This document shows positions 23,560-35,708 of a DNA stretch of 64,000 nt, piece after piece. Both the position numbers and the translations under genes were made by a program. The notes beneath the pieces were generated by a model that was not told the origin of the DNA, ran no database searches, and was given only the letters and a program-made list of their open reading frames with translations. Origin of the DNA: Squalus acanthias (taxonomy: Eukaryota); the NCBI GenBank assembly GCA_030390025.1, contig CM059425.1, positions 162,132,001 to 162,196,000 on the forward strand. The letters are read 5' to 3'. Position 1 is the stretch's first letter, and the number at the start of each line of letters is the position of its first letter.

Positions 23560-26500
23560 GAAATTGGCTGCCACTCCGGACCAGAGCCATTCCACTTTTC
23601 CCCCTATTTTCCTTTTCTCTCTATCCCTCCCTGACCGCACTCTCCTGTCGTCATGCCTCCTTTCATCTCTCCTCCCTCAGTTATACTGCCCTCCCAAATC
23701 CCTACCCCGATCGTTCATTACTCTTTGACCTTCCTACTCTCCTGCCGCCGTCCCAGGCTTGACTCCCTCTTAGATAAGCCCACAGCTTCCCTCTGTGCCT
23801 CTCTTGGCATCCTACGAAGGGCCCATCGAGGCACTCGTCGCTGCCGCCTTACGAGCAGCAACCTCAACTCTCCCATCCTAGTCTCTCGCCGACCTTCCTG
23901 CCCAGCGCGCCTTCTGGGGGCAAATCTTGCCAATCTCCTCCCCATCCAACTCATCCCCCCCAGCGCTGACCCTGTGGACACTGGCAGTGGGGCAGCCATC
24001 ACCGACCCTCTCCGCATCTCCCTCCAGAATGTCCGTTCACTTGCGAACAAGGCCCTTGCCATCCATGAGCTTATCGTGGATGACTGCATCGATATCATGG
24101 CCCTGACGGAAACTTGGTTGAGGGGTGATGACACCTTACTCTTAAATGAAGCCTCCCCACCTGGCAATAACCTTCCACCACTTGCCCCACTCAGACCGCC
24201 GTGGTGGCGGTGTGGCTCTCGTCACCAAATCACACCTTGGTCTGTCCCCCTACTCCTCCGGCAGTTTCTCCTCCTTTGAGCATCTCACCTTATTCCACCC
24301 CTCTCGCATCTCATTTAAAATTCCAGTTCTCCTCTTCTTCTTCTACCGCCCACCCAAGTACCATAAAATTTTTATTACTGAGATATCTTCACTGTTCTCC
24401 TCCCTCAGTCTCTGCACTGAACGACGTCTCATCCTCGGTGATTTCAACCTCCATCTCAATTCATCATGCTCTCTCTCCTCTGAGTTCACTAGCCTCCTAT
24501 CCTCCCTTAATCTCTCTCTCCATGTAAACTCCCCAACCCATATTCACGTCCATCCCCTCGACCTTGCCATCTCTCATAGCCTCGCTACTCCCATCGTGTC
24601 ACTTGCAGATAAGGCCATCTCTGACCATTTCCTCGTATCACTCTCCACCCATATCCCCCTTCCACCACCCCCTCCAACCCTACTTCCTTCCGTGACCGCC
24701 CCTGGAAAAAACTCTCTCCCAACTCTCTTACAGCTGCACTTATGAAATCCCAACTGTCCAGCCTCTGGCCCTCCATTCACCATGACATTTCTGCAGCTAC
24801 CGATCTGCTCAACCACACCCTCACCACCACCACCTTTGATGCCCTAGTCCCTACTAAAACTATTACCCTCTCTCACCCTGGCCGTTCCCCCTGGTACGGC
24901 TCTCATCTTCGCTCCCTTAAGTCCAAGGAACGCAGACTCGAACGGATATGGCGGACAACTGGTTTAGCTATTCACATCCAGATCTGGCTGGACCACATAA
25001 AGCATTATCGGGCCCTGCTCTCGTCTGCCAAAATTGTTCACTATTCCAGAATCATTCTGGAATGCAAAGATAAACCCCGGCTCCTACTCTCTACTGCTAA
25101 CCGTCTTCTTAAACCCCTCTCCCCCGTCTCCTCCACCCTCACCTCCGATAACAAGTCTGAGGAGCTCATGGACTTCTTTGTCTCTAAGATTGAGACCATC
25201 TGTTCAGCTGCCTCTGCCACTTCCCTTCCTTCCCCTAGCCCACTGGGCCAAACTTCCTCTAAGGTTCCCCCCTGCCCTAGCCCTGAACTCACATTTTCTC
25301 CAGTTTCTCTCCGATCTCCCCTCATAACCTCTCTGCGCTCATCTTCTCTATGAGACCCAGCTCCTGCTCCCTCGACCTTATTCCCACCAAACTGCTGATC
25401 ACCCAACTTCCTTTTCTGGCTCCCATGTTAGCTGATATTGGTAACAGTTCTCTCTCCTCAGGTACTGTCCCCCTCTCCCTCAAATCTGCCGTCATCACCC
25501 CTCTCCTCAAGAAACCAACCCTTGATCCCTCCGTCCTTGAAAACTACCGCCCCATCTCCAACCTCCCTTTCCTCTCCAATGTCCTTGAACGTGTTGTTGC
25601 CTCCCAAATCCGTGCCCATCTTTCCCGCAATTCCATGTTTGAATCCCTCCAATCAGGTTTCCGCCCTTGCCACAGTACCGAAACAGCTCTCATCAAAGTC
25701 ACAAATGACATATTTTGTGACTGTGACAAAGGTAAACTATCCCTCCTCGGCCTTCTTGACTTGTCTGCAGCCTTTGACACGGTTGACCACTCCATCCTTC
25801 TCCAACGCCTCGCTACCATCATCCAGCTGGGTGGGACTGCACTCGCCTGGTTCCATTCTTATCTATCTAATCGTAACCAGAGAATCACCTGCAACGGCTT
25901 CTCTTCCCGCTCCCGCATCGTTACCTCTGGTGTCCCCCAAGGATCTATCCTTGGCCCTTTCCTATTTCTCATCTACATGTTGCCCCTTGGCGACATCATC
26001 CGAAAACACAGCGTCAGTTTCCACATGTACGCTGATGACACCCAGCTCTACCTCACTACTTCTTCTCTCGACCCCTCCACGGTGTCTAAATTGTCAGACT
26101 GCTTGTCCAACATAGAGTTCTGGATGAGCAAAAATTTTCTCCAATTAAATATTGGGAAGACCGAAGCCATTGTTTTCGGTCCCCGCCACAAACTCCGTTC
26201 CCTAGCCACTGACTCCATCTCTCTCCCCAACATCTGTCTGAGGCTGAACCATACTGTTCGCAACCTTGGTGTCATATTTGACCCTGAAATGAGCTTCCGA
26301 CCACATAGCCGCAGCATAACAAAGACCGCCTACTTCCATCTCCGCAACATTGCCCGTCTCCGCCCTTGCCTCACCTCATCCGCTGCTGAAACCTCATCCA
26401 TGCTTTTGTTACCTCTGGACTTGACTATTCCAACGCACTCCTGGCTGACCTCTCACATTCCACCCTACGTAAACTTGAGGTCATCCAAAACTCGGCTGCC

Positions 26501-26988
26501 CCTGTCCCGTTCGCCCATCTCCCCTGTGCTCGCTGACCTACATTGGCTCCCGGTTAAGCAGCGCCTCATTTTCAAAATTCTCATGCTTGTTTTCAAATCC
26601 CTCCATGGCCTCGCCCCTTCCTATCTCTGTAATCTCCTTCAGCCCCACAACCTCCCCTTCCCCGCCCCGAGAGATCTGCGCTCCTCTAATTCTGCCCTCT
26701 TGAGCATCCCTGATTATAATCGCTCAACCTTTGGTAGCCCTGCCTTCTGTTGCCTATGCCCTAAGCTATGGAATTCCCTACCTAAACCTCTCCGCCTCGC
26801 TACCTCTCTTTCCTCCTTTAAGACGCTCCTTAAAACCTACCTCTTTGACCAAGCTTTTGGTCACCTGCCCTAATTTATCCTTATGTGGCTCAATGTCAAA
26901 TTTTTTGTCTTAAAATACTCCTGTTCAGCGCCTTGGGACGTTTTACTACGTTAAAGGCGCTATATAAATACAAGTTGTTGTTGTTGTT
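23560..26988 (+). mobile_element. Near full-length single-ORF L2 LINE, frameshifted
   Basis: APE domain (LQNVRSL, ALTETWL, ILGDFNLH, SDH) and RT domain (YRPISNL, LDLSAAFDTVDH, GVPQGSILGP, YADDTQLY) across ORFs 23653-26873. L2 tail ggcgctatataaatacaag(ttg)n. 5' end approximate. Confidence 0.9.
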
Positions 26989-27068
26989 GCATGTAATAAA
27001 CTTGTCACTCTACTTCTATGCTTCCCAAATTGCATTAAGTTTTGTTGTTATGCAAAACAAAATAATCC

Positions 27069-27430
27069 CTCCATGGTCTCGCTCTTCCCAATCTCTCTAA
27101 CCTCTTACAGCCCTCTAACCCTATGCGAACTCTGCATTTCTCCATCTCTGGCCTCTTGGGCATCCCTCACTTACTGCGCCCCACCATTGGGGGGCCATAC
27201 CTTCAGCAGTCTAGGCCCCAAGCTCTGGAATTCCCTCCTTAAAAGCTCTCTGCCTGCCCACCTCTCGCTCCTCCTTTAAGGCACTCCTTAAAACCTGCCT
27301 TTTAGTCACCCATCCAAATATCTCCTTCTTTGGTTCGTTGTGAATTTTTGTCTGATTACACTCCTGTGAAGCACTATGGAAAGTTTTACTACATTAAAGG
27401 CACTGTATAAATACAAAAGTTGTTGTTGTA
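27069..27430 (+). mobile_element. L2 3' fragment
   Basis: GPKLWNSL motif and tail ggcactgtataaatac...(ttg)n. Confidence 0.75.
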
Positions 27431-27739
27431 TTATTTAAAAATAAGGACAGCAAGACCTGGACCTGGACATTCAGGTTTAGGCTCACAAGTGGCAAGTAAC
27501 ATTTGCACCACATAAGTGCTAGGTGATGACCATTTGAAATAAGAGCTACCCCCCATGACCTTCAATGGCTCCAACATCACAGAGATTCCCACCATGAACA
27601 TCTTGGAGGTCACCATTAACCTGAAGTTGAACTAGACCAACCATATCAACACTGTGACTACAAGAGCAGGGCAGAAACTGGGCAATTTGTGATGAGTGGC
27701 TCACCTCCAGACCTCTAAATGCCTCCCCGCCAAACTCTT

Positions 27740-28048
27740 CAGATGAGACATTAAACCGAGGCCCCGTCTGCTCTCTCGGGGTGGACGTAAAAGATCCCAT
27801 GGCACTATTTCGAAGAAGAGCAGGGGAGTTATCCCCAGTGTCCTGGCCACACAACCAACATAACAAAAACAGATTATCTGTTCATATTCACACTGCTATT
27901 GGTGGGATCTTGCTGTGTGCAAATTGGCTGCCGCATTTCCCACAATACAACAGTGACTCCACTTCAAAAAGTACTACATTGGCTGTAAAGCGCTTTGAGA
28001 CATCCGGTGGTTGTGAAAGGCGCTATATAAATGCAAGTCTTTCTTTTA
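27740..28048 (+). mobile_element. DeuSINE body and 3' end
   Basis: taaaccgaggccccgtctg...gtgcaaattggctgccgc...aaaggcgctatataaatgcaag (L2-like tail). Related copies at ~30735-30938 (+), 44940-45160 with 46707-46795 (-), 56712-57118 (-), 57313-57500 (+). Confidence 0.75.
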
Positions 28049-28217
28049 TTCAGTCACCATAAATCAGTGGTCTGATAATACATTCTGCATCACATGGCCT
28101 AACAGCTTTATTGGTTTATAACAGTGTATGTGCTGACTCATCTTGAGAAATGTCACTGGAGATGCACTAATAATATACTAAAAATGGTACATCTTGTGTG
28201 CATTTCCTGTCTATCAC

Positions 28218-29227
28218 GGGGGAAATTTTAACCTAAAAAAAATGGGTGGGTTAGGAGCGGGGGGATAGTTAAAATGTTAAAAATCGGAATCCCGACCTGA
28301 ACCCGCCTCCAACACGCCCACTTCGACTTTTAACAGAGGTGGGTTGGGGGCGGGCAGCCAACCTGCTGCCAGGAGGTGGGACATCAATTTAAATATTCCA
28401 ATGAGGCTGGAAGCCTCTTTAACCTCCATTTTGTGTTTGCTAGCTGGTCGGGTTTTACACATCTCGTAAAACCCAGCAGTTACAGCAAGGTGAGGACTGC
28501 TGCATCCAGGAAGTAAGTGCCTTTACACTTACCTCCTGGATCCAGGGACCCTGCCTAGCCCACCCCCCATGATCAGAGACCACCGCCCAAGGCCTCCAAT
28601 CGCCTTCCCAGGCCCCACCCCTCCCACCCCACTGACGATCTTGAAGCTGGCCCCGATTTTCTCTCCCCCCGCACCAATGATCCTGAGGCTGGCTCTGATC
28701 TTCCCTCCCTCCCGATCCTCCAGAGGCCCCCCGCAATCGGAGACCCCTTCACGAGGCCTCAGATCACCTCCCCAGGCTCCACCCCCCTCAACCAATGATC
28801 CGGAGGCTGACTCCAATCTTCCCTTCCCCGCCCACCCCCCCCGATCCACCAGAGGCCACCCCCAATCTCCCCCCCCACGCCACAGGCCTGCCCCGATCTT
28901 CCCTCCCACCACCCGCGCCGCTCACCCCCCACCGACAGATCCTTGGGAGGTTGGCCACGATATTCCCTCCCCAAACCTACGGAGGCCGACCCCAACCCCG
29001 ACCCCTCCCTCCCTCCTCTGTGCAACCTAGTGCCATAGGCCTACCCGCCTGGAGCCAGACAGCCTCTCAATCTGGCTGGCTGCGGGTGGGAAACAGAGGC
29101 CTTGCATGTAAATCAGGCCCTGCCGTTAAATTCGGCAGGGCCTGCGGAAAACCCGTTCTCCCGGGTTTCCCGTTTGCCGGCGAGCCCCCTCGCCCCCAAC
29201 CCGCCTTCCCCATTAAAATTCAGCCCC
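28218..29227. mobile_element. MITE-like element with C-rich degenerate internal repeats
   Basis: Ends GGGGGAAATTTTAA / TTAAAATTCAGCCCC. Repeated cc..gatc..gaggc units at 28560-29010. Confidence 0.65.
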
Positions 29228-29409
29228 GCATGTCATAATAAAGTAGAGAAACAAAGGATATCTCCATAAACAGAAAGTACCAGAGCAAGAATGTCTGCAG
29301 TCTCTTAATTGATATCTGTATGAGCTTTCCAGTGTTCATCTAGTGTTTACTTAACAGCAGCAGCCTCTTCATTGGCCTCTATGTGAACTCAGTTTATTTG
29401 CAATTAGGC

Positions 29410-30630
29410 TTTATTGCCTTGGGAGTTGCCCAAGATTTCATTCTTAGCCCCTTCCTCATTTACATCCTATCCCTCAGTATCATCCACAGAGACAGGTATT
29501 TTATCACGGGCTTCATTTAAATGCTCCTAGCCGACTTCTCCCCCTGTTCCGGGGGGAAGTGGCAGAAATTTGCGCGGGCTGGAGGCCGCCCAGTGGCAAG
29601 ATCGGCTGATGGGCCATCTTGCAGGGGTCTGCACAATTGGTGAGGGGTGAGATCGTGGCAGGGGAGGCCCAAGATTTCCTTGTACACCCTGGTGGTGAAC
29701 TCCTGCTCCAAGTCCCACAAGGAAGTTAAAAAAAATCTATCTTGGGACTCTTCTGGGCCTGATCCACTTCCATGCTGGGTTGGCCTGAAACTCACTGCCG
29801 CTTCCCGCTCAGGCCTCAGAGTAAAAATTGCAGCTGGGAACCGATGAGGTCATTAGGACCCAACATGCATATGTTACAAAGGAACCCACCGCCTTGGGTG
29901 TATGTCCTTGACACCTGCTCAGTGGAGCAAGTTAAAATAGTAGGTCAGCTTCCGGGGACTCCAGGGCAATTAAGTGACTGGTGCAATCTTAAGTGCTCAA
30001 CGGCCAAGTTTTTGGGTTAAAATCATCCACTTGGAGTCACTTTCAGCATGTACGCTGATGACACTCAGCTCCCCACCACCTCTCTCAACCCCTCCACTGC
30101 TACTCTGTTGTCAGACTACTCTAGTCTTGGACGCGCCACAATTTGCTCCAACTAAAAACTGGGAAGTCAGAAACCATCATATTCGGCCTCCACCATAAAC
30201 TCCATTTCCTCGCCATGGACTCCTCCCCTCACAGCAGCCTCTGTCTCAGGTTGAACCAGACTGTTCACAACCTCATCATCCTATTTGACCCCAAGCTGAG
30301 CTTTTGACCCCTCAGGCTTTGCATGAAAAAAGACTGCCTACTTCCACATTAATGTCATTGCCCACCTCAGTCCCTATCACAGCCCCAACTCCAAACTTGG
30401 CTATTCCAATGGCCATCATCCTATCTTTCACCTTCCGTAAACTTCAGCTGATCCAAAATTCTGTTGCCTGTATCCTATCCTGCACAACGTCGCACTCGGC
30501 AATCTCTCCTGTCTGGACTGATCTACATTGGCTCCTGGTCCCCAGTACCTCAAATTAAATATTCTCATTCTTGTCTTAAATATCGCCATGGTTCATCCCT
30601 TCCCATCATGTAACCTCTTCCATTCCTCAT
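29410..30630 (+). mobile_element. Degenerate L2 RT fragment interrupted by a MITE-like insert (~29508-30030)
   Basis: Remnants of GVPQG, MYADDTQL, LFDPKLSF and LHWL motifs. Confidence 0.6.
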
Positions 30631-31764
30631 CCTTAAGAGAGGTTGAAAGAGAGAGAGAAAGAGCGAGAAAGGGAGATTTATGAGAAGTTTCCCTGAGAAT
30701 GAAGGAAGTGAGTTTTAACCAGCTAGCCAACATTTACCCTCAACCAATATCACTAAAATAAATTAACTTATCATTTACCTGATTGCTATTTGTGGCACCT
30801 TGCTGTGCACAAATTGGCTGCTATATTTCCCTATATCACAACAATGACAACACTTGAAAAAAGTACATCATTGGCTGTGTAGTGCTTTGGGACAGCCTGA
30901 GGACGTGAAAGGTGCTATACTAAATGCAAGTTCTTTCTTTACTTCTTTATCTTTTTAAAGCTCCGGAGGCTGGAGGAGGAATGGGAGGAGGAGTGGGGGG
31001 TGGGTCATATGGTTTAGCAACAACAGAGGATCCTAGGGTTTGGCAGAATGGGGTGAGGGGTGCAAGAGTTTGGCAACACTGTGACAGAGATGGAAAACAG
31101 TTCCCTTGTTTTCTCTTACTCATAATATTGCATTAATTAGAATATTTTCAATCTGAAAGTACAAAGCACAGCTGCCCGTAATTCATTTTGTATTTGTGAA
31201 ACCTGAAAAGCATCCAGATTTTGATTTGTTATTTTTTTGTGGAAAAAGAATTAAAGATAATTTACTAGCAGGAGGAAAAACAGAAAAATTAAAAATTCTG
31301 TTAATGAAATATGCTATTTTTTCGAAATTCTAAGTATGTATGTATCTGTCTATAAAGAATAACTGTTTTTGAATTCTAACAAACTAAAGCATGGGTAGTG
31401 AACCTCTTTTTTTAATCTTTCTCTCTCCATCCCTCTCTCTGTCTGGTCAGCTGTCCCTGATTTCCACTATCTCTCTGAACTAAATATAAAAAGTGCTAGT
31501 GTGAGTCAGCAGAGAGTGCTGAGTTTCGGTAAGTGTGAGTTCGGGTGAGTGGGGTGTAGGGTGCTCTTTTCAAACTTTAACTCTGTGGGTTGTAGTTAAT
31601 AAGGCCTTTCTGGTGCAGAGTGACTGTTGGTAAACCATTTAACTGGTGTAATTTAGAGGGATTGATTTAATTTAAATCCAATTAATTAGAGGGGATACTA
31701 GCATCTATAATCGGGCAGAGAGTGTCCATAACTAACAATAAAAATCTTTAATTAATTACATAGA

Positions 31765-32718
31765 ATGGAGCAGGTGATGTGTTACTGTTGCGAGATGTGG
31801 GAGCCGGTGGACCCCATTGAGGCTCACGGTGATTACATCTGTGACAAGTGTCTGCTGCTACAGGAACTCCAGCTCCGTGTTGATGAGCTGGAGTCTGAGC
31901 TTCAGACACTGCGACACATCAGGGAGGGGGAAAAGTACCTGGACTCTGTGTTTCAGGAGGTGGTCACACATATGAAGTTAATTAATTCAGATGTAGCCCA
32001 TGGTCAGGGACAGGACGGTGTGACTACGAGTGAGGCAGGTACGGGGATCCAGGAGGTAGTGTTGGAGGAGCCGCAGCCCTTGCTCTTGTCCAACAGGTTC
32101 GAGGTTCTTACTCCCTGTGGGGACAGGAGCAGGGACTGCAGGGAGGATGAGCAACCTGGCCACAGCACCGTGGAACGGGGGGCCATTCAAGAGGGGGGAG
32201 TAAATAGAAATGTTGTAGTGGTAGGGGATAGTATTATTAGGGGGATAGATAGAGTTCTCTGCAGCCGAGAGCGAGAGTCCCGTAGGCTGTGTTGCCTGCC
32301 CGGTGCCAGGGTTAAGGACATCTCCTCTGGGCTGGAAAGAAACTTGCAGTGGGAGGGGGTGGATCCAGTTGTTGTGGTCCATGTTGGTACAAACGATGTA
32401 AATAGGACAAGGAAGCCGGTTCTGTTAAAGGAGTATGAGCAGCTAGGGGTCAAATTAAAAAACAGAACCTCAAGGGTAATAATCTCTGGATTATTACCTG
32501 AGCCACGAGCGAATTTGGCTAGGACAAATAAAATTAGAGAGTTAAATGAGTGGCTCAAAGACTGGTGTGGGACAAATGGGTTTTGCTTCCTGGGACACTG
32601 GCACCAGTACTGGGGCAGGAGGGAGCTGTTCCGTTGGGACGGGCTTCACTTGGCCAGTGCTGGGACTAGAGTCCTGGCGGATCATATAACTAGGGCTGTA
32701 GAGAGGGCTTTAAACTAA
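31765..32718 (+). CDS. CR1 ORF1p (zinc finger, coiled coil, SGNH esterase-like domain)
   Basis: CxxC..CxKC, heptad region LQELQLRVDELESELQTL, and VVVGDSIIR / HVGTND / DGLHL SGNH blocks. Confidence 0.92.
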   Translation: MEQVMCYCCEMWEPVDPIEAHGDYICDKCLLLQELQLRVDELESELQTLRHIREGEKYLDSVFQEVVTHMKLINSDVAHGQGQDGVTTSEAGTGIQEVVLEEPQPLLLSNRFEVLTPCGDRSRDCREDEQPGHSTVERGAIQEGGVNRNVVVVGDSIIRGIDRVLCSRERESRRLCCLPGARVKDISSGLERNLQWEGVDPVVVVHVGTNDVNRTRKPVLLKEYEQLGVKLKNRTSRVIISGLLPEPRANLARTNKIRELNEWLKDWCGTNGFCFLGHWHQYWGRRELFRWDGLHLASAGTRVLADHITRAVERALN

Positions 32719-32756
32719 CTAGTGGGGGGGAGGTTCCTAGAGAGCAAATAATAAAA

Positions 32757-35708
32757 ATGACAACAGAGAAGGTCATAGACTTAGGTAGCAGTGGGGAAAT
32801 TAAAAACCAGAGTGTGTCAGGAAGGGGCAGAAGGTATGGAGAAAAAGGTAAAGTAATAAAAAGGGCAAAAGCAGGAACTAAGTGTCACAAAACATATTTG
32901 AAAGTTCTCTATCTGAATGCACGTAGCATTCGTAACAAAATAGATGAGTTAAAGACACAAATAACTACATATGGGTATGATCTTGTGGCCATTACAGAAA
33001 CATGGCTGCAGGGTGACAATGCCTGGGAATTAAACATACCAGGTTATTTAACGATCAGGAAGGACAGGCAGGAAGGAAGGGGAGGTGGGGTGGCTATGTT
33101 AATAAAGGAAGGAATCACTGAAATACAGAGAAATGATATTGGGTCAAAAGATCAGGATAATGAAACAGTTTGGGTGGAGATAAGGAATAATAAGGGGAAA
33201 AAAACATTAGTGGGCGTAGTCTATAGGCCTCCGAACAGTTGCAACTCTGTTGGACGGAGTATCAATCAGGAAATAGTTGAGGCTTGTAATAAGGGAACAT
33301 CTTTAATTATGGGGGATTTTAACTATCATATTAATTGGACAAATCAAATTGGGCAGGGCTGCCTTGAAGATGAGTTCATTGAGTGTATTAGGGATGGGTT
33401 TCTTGAGCAGTATGTAACTGAACCGACCAGGGGGCAAGCAACCTTAGATCTGGTCCTGTGTAACGAGACAGGATTAATTAAAAATGTCCTAGTAAAGGAT
33501 CCCCTTGGAATGAGTGACCATAACATGGTTGAATTCCATATTCAATTAGAGGGTGAGAAGGTTGGATCTCAAACAAGCGTGCTAAGCTTGAATAAAGGAG
33601 ACTATGAAGGTATGCGAGCAGAATTGAGTAGAGTGGATTGGGAAAATAGATTAAAGGGTAAGACGATACATGATCAGTGGTGTACATTCAAGGAGTTATT
33701 TTACAACTTCCAAAAAATATATATTCCACTGAGAAGAAAAGGGTGTAAAAGAAAAGACAGTCATCCATGGCTAAGTAAAGAAATTAAGGATAATATTCGA
33801 CTAAAAACAAGGGCTTATAAGGTAGCAAAATCTAGTGGGAGGATAGAGGATTGGGAAAACTTTAAAAGACAGCAAAAAATAACAAAAAGATTGATTAAGA
33901 AAGGGAAGATAGATTATGAAAGTAAATTAGCAAAAAATATAAAAACAGATAGTAAGAGTTTTTATAGTTATATAAAAAGAAAAAGGGTGGCTAAAGTAAA
34001 TGTTGGTCCCTTAGAGGATGAGACCGGGAAATTAATGGTGGGAAATATGGAGATGGCAAATACACTGAATGAATATTTTGTATCAGTCTTTACAGTAGAG
34101 GACACTAAGAATATCCCAACACTGGACAAACAGGGGGCTATAGGGGGGGAGGAGCTAAACACGATCAAAATCACTAAGGAAGTGGTACTCGGTAAAATAA
34201 TGGGACTCAAGGCGGATAAATCACCTGGACCTGATGGCTTACATCCTAGGGTCTTGAGGGAAGTGGCGGTAGGGATTGTGGATGCTTTGGTAATAATTTT
34301 CCAAAACTCCCTGGACTCAGCAAAGATCCCGGCAGACTGGAAAACTGCTAATGTAACACCCTTATTTAAAAAGGGCAGTAGACAGAAGGCTGGAAACTAT
34401 AGACCGGTTAGCCTAACATCTGTGGTAGGTAAAATTTTGGAGTCCATTATTAAGGAGACAGTAACGGGACATTTGGATAATCATAATTTAATAGGACAAA
34501 GTCAGCATGGTTTTATGAAGGGGAAGTCATGTTTGACAAATTTGCTGCAGTTCTTTGAGGAAGTAACACACAGGGTGGATAAAGGGGAACCAGTGGATGT
34601 GGTGTATTTAGACTTCCAAAAGGCATTTGACAAGGTGCCACACAAAAGATTATTGCTTAAGATAAAAAATCACGGGATTAGGGGTAATATTCTGGCATGG
34701 ATAGAGGATTGGCTATCTAACAGAAGGCAGAGAGTTGGGATAAATGGTTCATTCTCAGACTGGCAATCAGTAACTAGTGGTGTTCCGCAGGGGTCAGTGC
34801 TAGGTCCCCAACTCTTTACAATCTATATTAACGATTTGGAGGAGGGGACCGAGTGTAACATATCAAAGTTTGCAGATGATACTAAGATGGGAGGGAAAGT
34901 AGTGAGTAAGGAGGACATAAAAAATCTGCAAGGGGACATAGACAGGCTAAGTAAGTGGGCAGAGATTTGGCAGATGGAATACAATACTGGAAAGTGTGAT
35001 GTTATGCACTTTGGCAGGAAAAATAGTAGAGCAAGTTATTATCTAAATGGCAAGAAACTGGAAAGTACTGAAGTACAAAGGGATCTGGGGGTCCTGGTGC
35101 ACGAAACTCAAAAGGTTAGTATGCAGGTGCAGCAAGTGATTAAGAAGGCCAATGGAATGTTGGCTTTCATTGCTAAGGGGATAGAATATAAAAATAGGGA
35201 GGTATTGCTTCAGTTGTACAAGGTATTGGTGAGACCGCACCTGGAATACTGCATACAATTTTGGTGTCCATACTTAAGAAAAGACATACTTGCTCTCGAG
35301 TCAGTACAAAGAAGGTTCACTCGGTTAATCCCGGGGATGAGGGGATGGACATATGAGGAGAGGTTGGGTAGATTGGGACTCTACTCATTGGAGTTCAGAA
35401 GAATGAGAGGCGATCTTATTGAAACATATAAGATTGTGAAGGGGTTGGATCGGGTGGATGCGGGGAGGATGTTCCCGATGATGGGTGAAACTAGAACTAG
35501 GGGGCATAGTCTTAGAATAAGGGGCTGCTCTTTCAAAACTGAGATGAGAAGGAACTATTTCACTCAGAGGGTGGTAGGTCCATGGAATATGCTGCCCCAA
35601 AAAGCTGTAGAAGCTACATCATTACATAAATTTAAAACAGAAATAGACAGTTTCCTAGAAGTAAAGGGAATTAAGGGTTACGGGGAGCGGGCAGGAATTT
35701 GGACATGA
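32757..35708 (+). CDS. CR1 ORF2p (APE endonuclease + reverse transcriptase)
   Basis: YLNARS, ITETW, GDFN, SDH; NYRPVSL, YLDFQKAFDKV, GVPQGSVLGP, FADDTK. 983 aa with no stops. Confidence 0.95.
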   Translation: MTTEKVIDLGSSGEIKNQSVSGRGRRYGEKGKVIKRAKAGTKCHKTYLKVLYLNARSIRNKIDELKTQITTYGYDLVAITETWLQGDNAWELNIPGYLTIRKDRQEGRGGGVAMLIKEGITEIQRNDIGSKDQDNETVWVEIRNNKGKKTLVGVVYRPPNSCNSVGRSINQEIVEACNKGTSLIMGDFNYHINWTNQIGQGCLEDEFIECIRDGFLEQYVTEPTRGQATLDLVLCNETGLIKNVLVKDPLGMSDHNMVEFHIQLEGEKVGSQTSVLSLNKGDYEGMRAELSRVDWENRLKGKTIHDQWCTFKELFYNFQKIYIPLRRKGCKRKDSHPWLSKEIKDNIRLKTRAYKVAKSSGRIEDWENFKRQQKITKRLIKKGKIDYESKLAKNIKTDSKSFYSYIKRKRVAKVNVGPLEDETGKLMVGNMEMANTLNEYFVSVFTVEDTKNIPTLDKQGAIGGEELNTIKITKEVVLGKIMGLKADKSPGPDGLHPRVLREVAVGIVDALVIIFQNSLDSAKIPADWKTANVTPLFKKGSRQKAGNYRPVSLTSVVGKILESIIKETVTGHLDNHNLIGQSQHGFMKGKSCLTNLLQFFEEVTHRVDKGEPVDVVYLDFQKAFDKVPHKRLLLKIKNHGIRGNILAWIEDWLSNRRQRVGINGSFSDWQSVTSGVPQGSVLGPQLFTIYINDLEEGTECNISKFADDTKMGGKVVSKEDIKNLQGDIDRLSKWAEIWQMEYNTGKCDVMHFGRKNSRASYYLNGKKLESTEVQRDLGVLVHETQKVSMQVQQVIKKANGMLAFIAKGIEYKNREVLLQLYKVLVRPHLEYCIQFWCPYLRKDILALESVQRRFTRLIPGMRGWTYEERLGRLGLYSLEFRRMRGDLIETYKIVKGLDRVDAGRMFPMMGETRTRGHSLRIRGCSFKTEMRRNYFTQRVVGPWNMLPQKAVEATSLHKFKTEIDSFLEVKGIKGYGERAGIWT

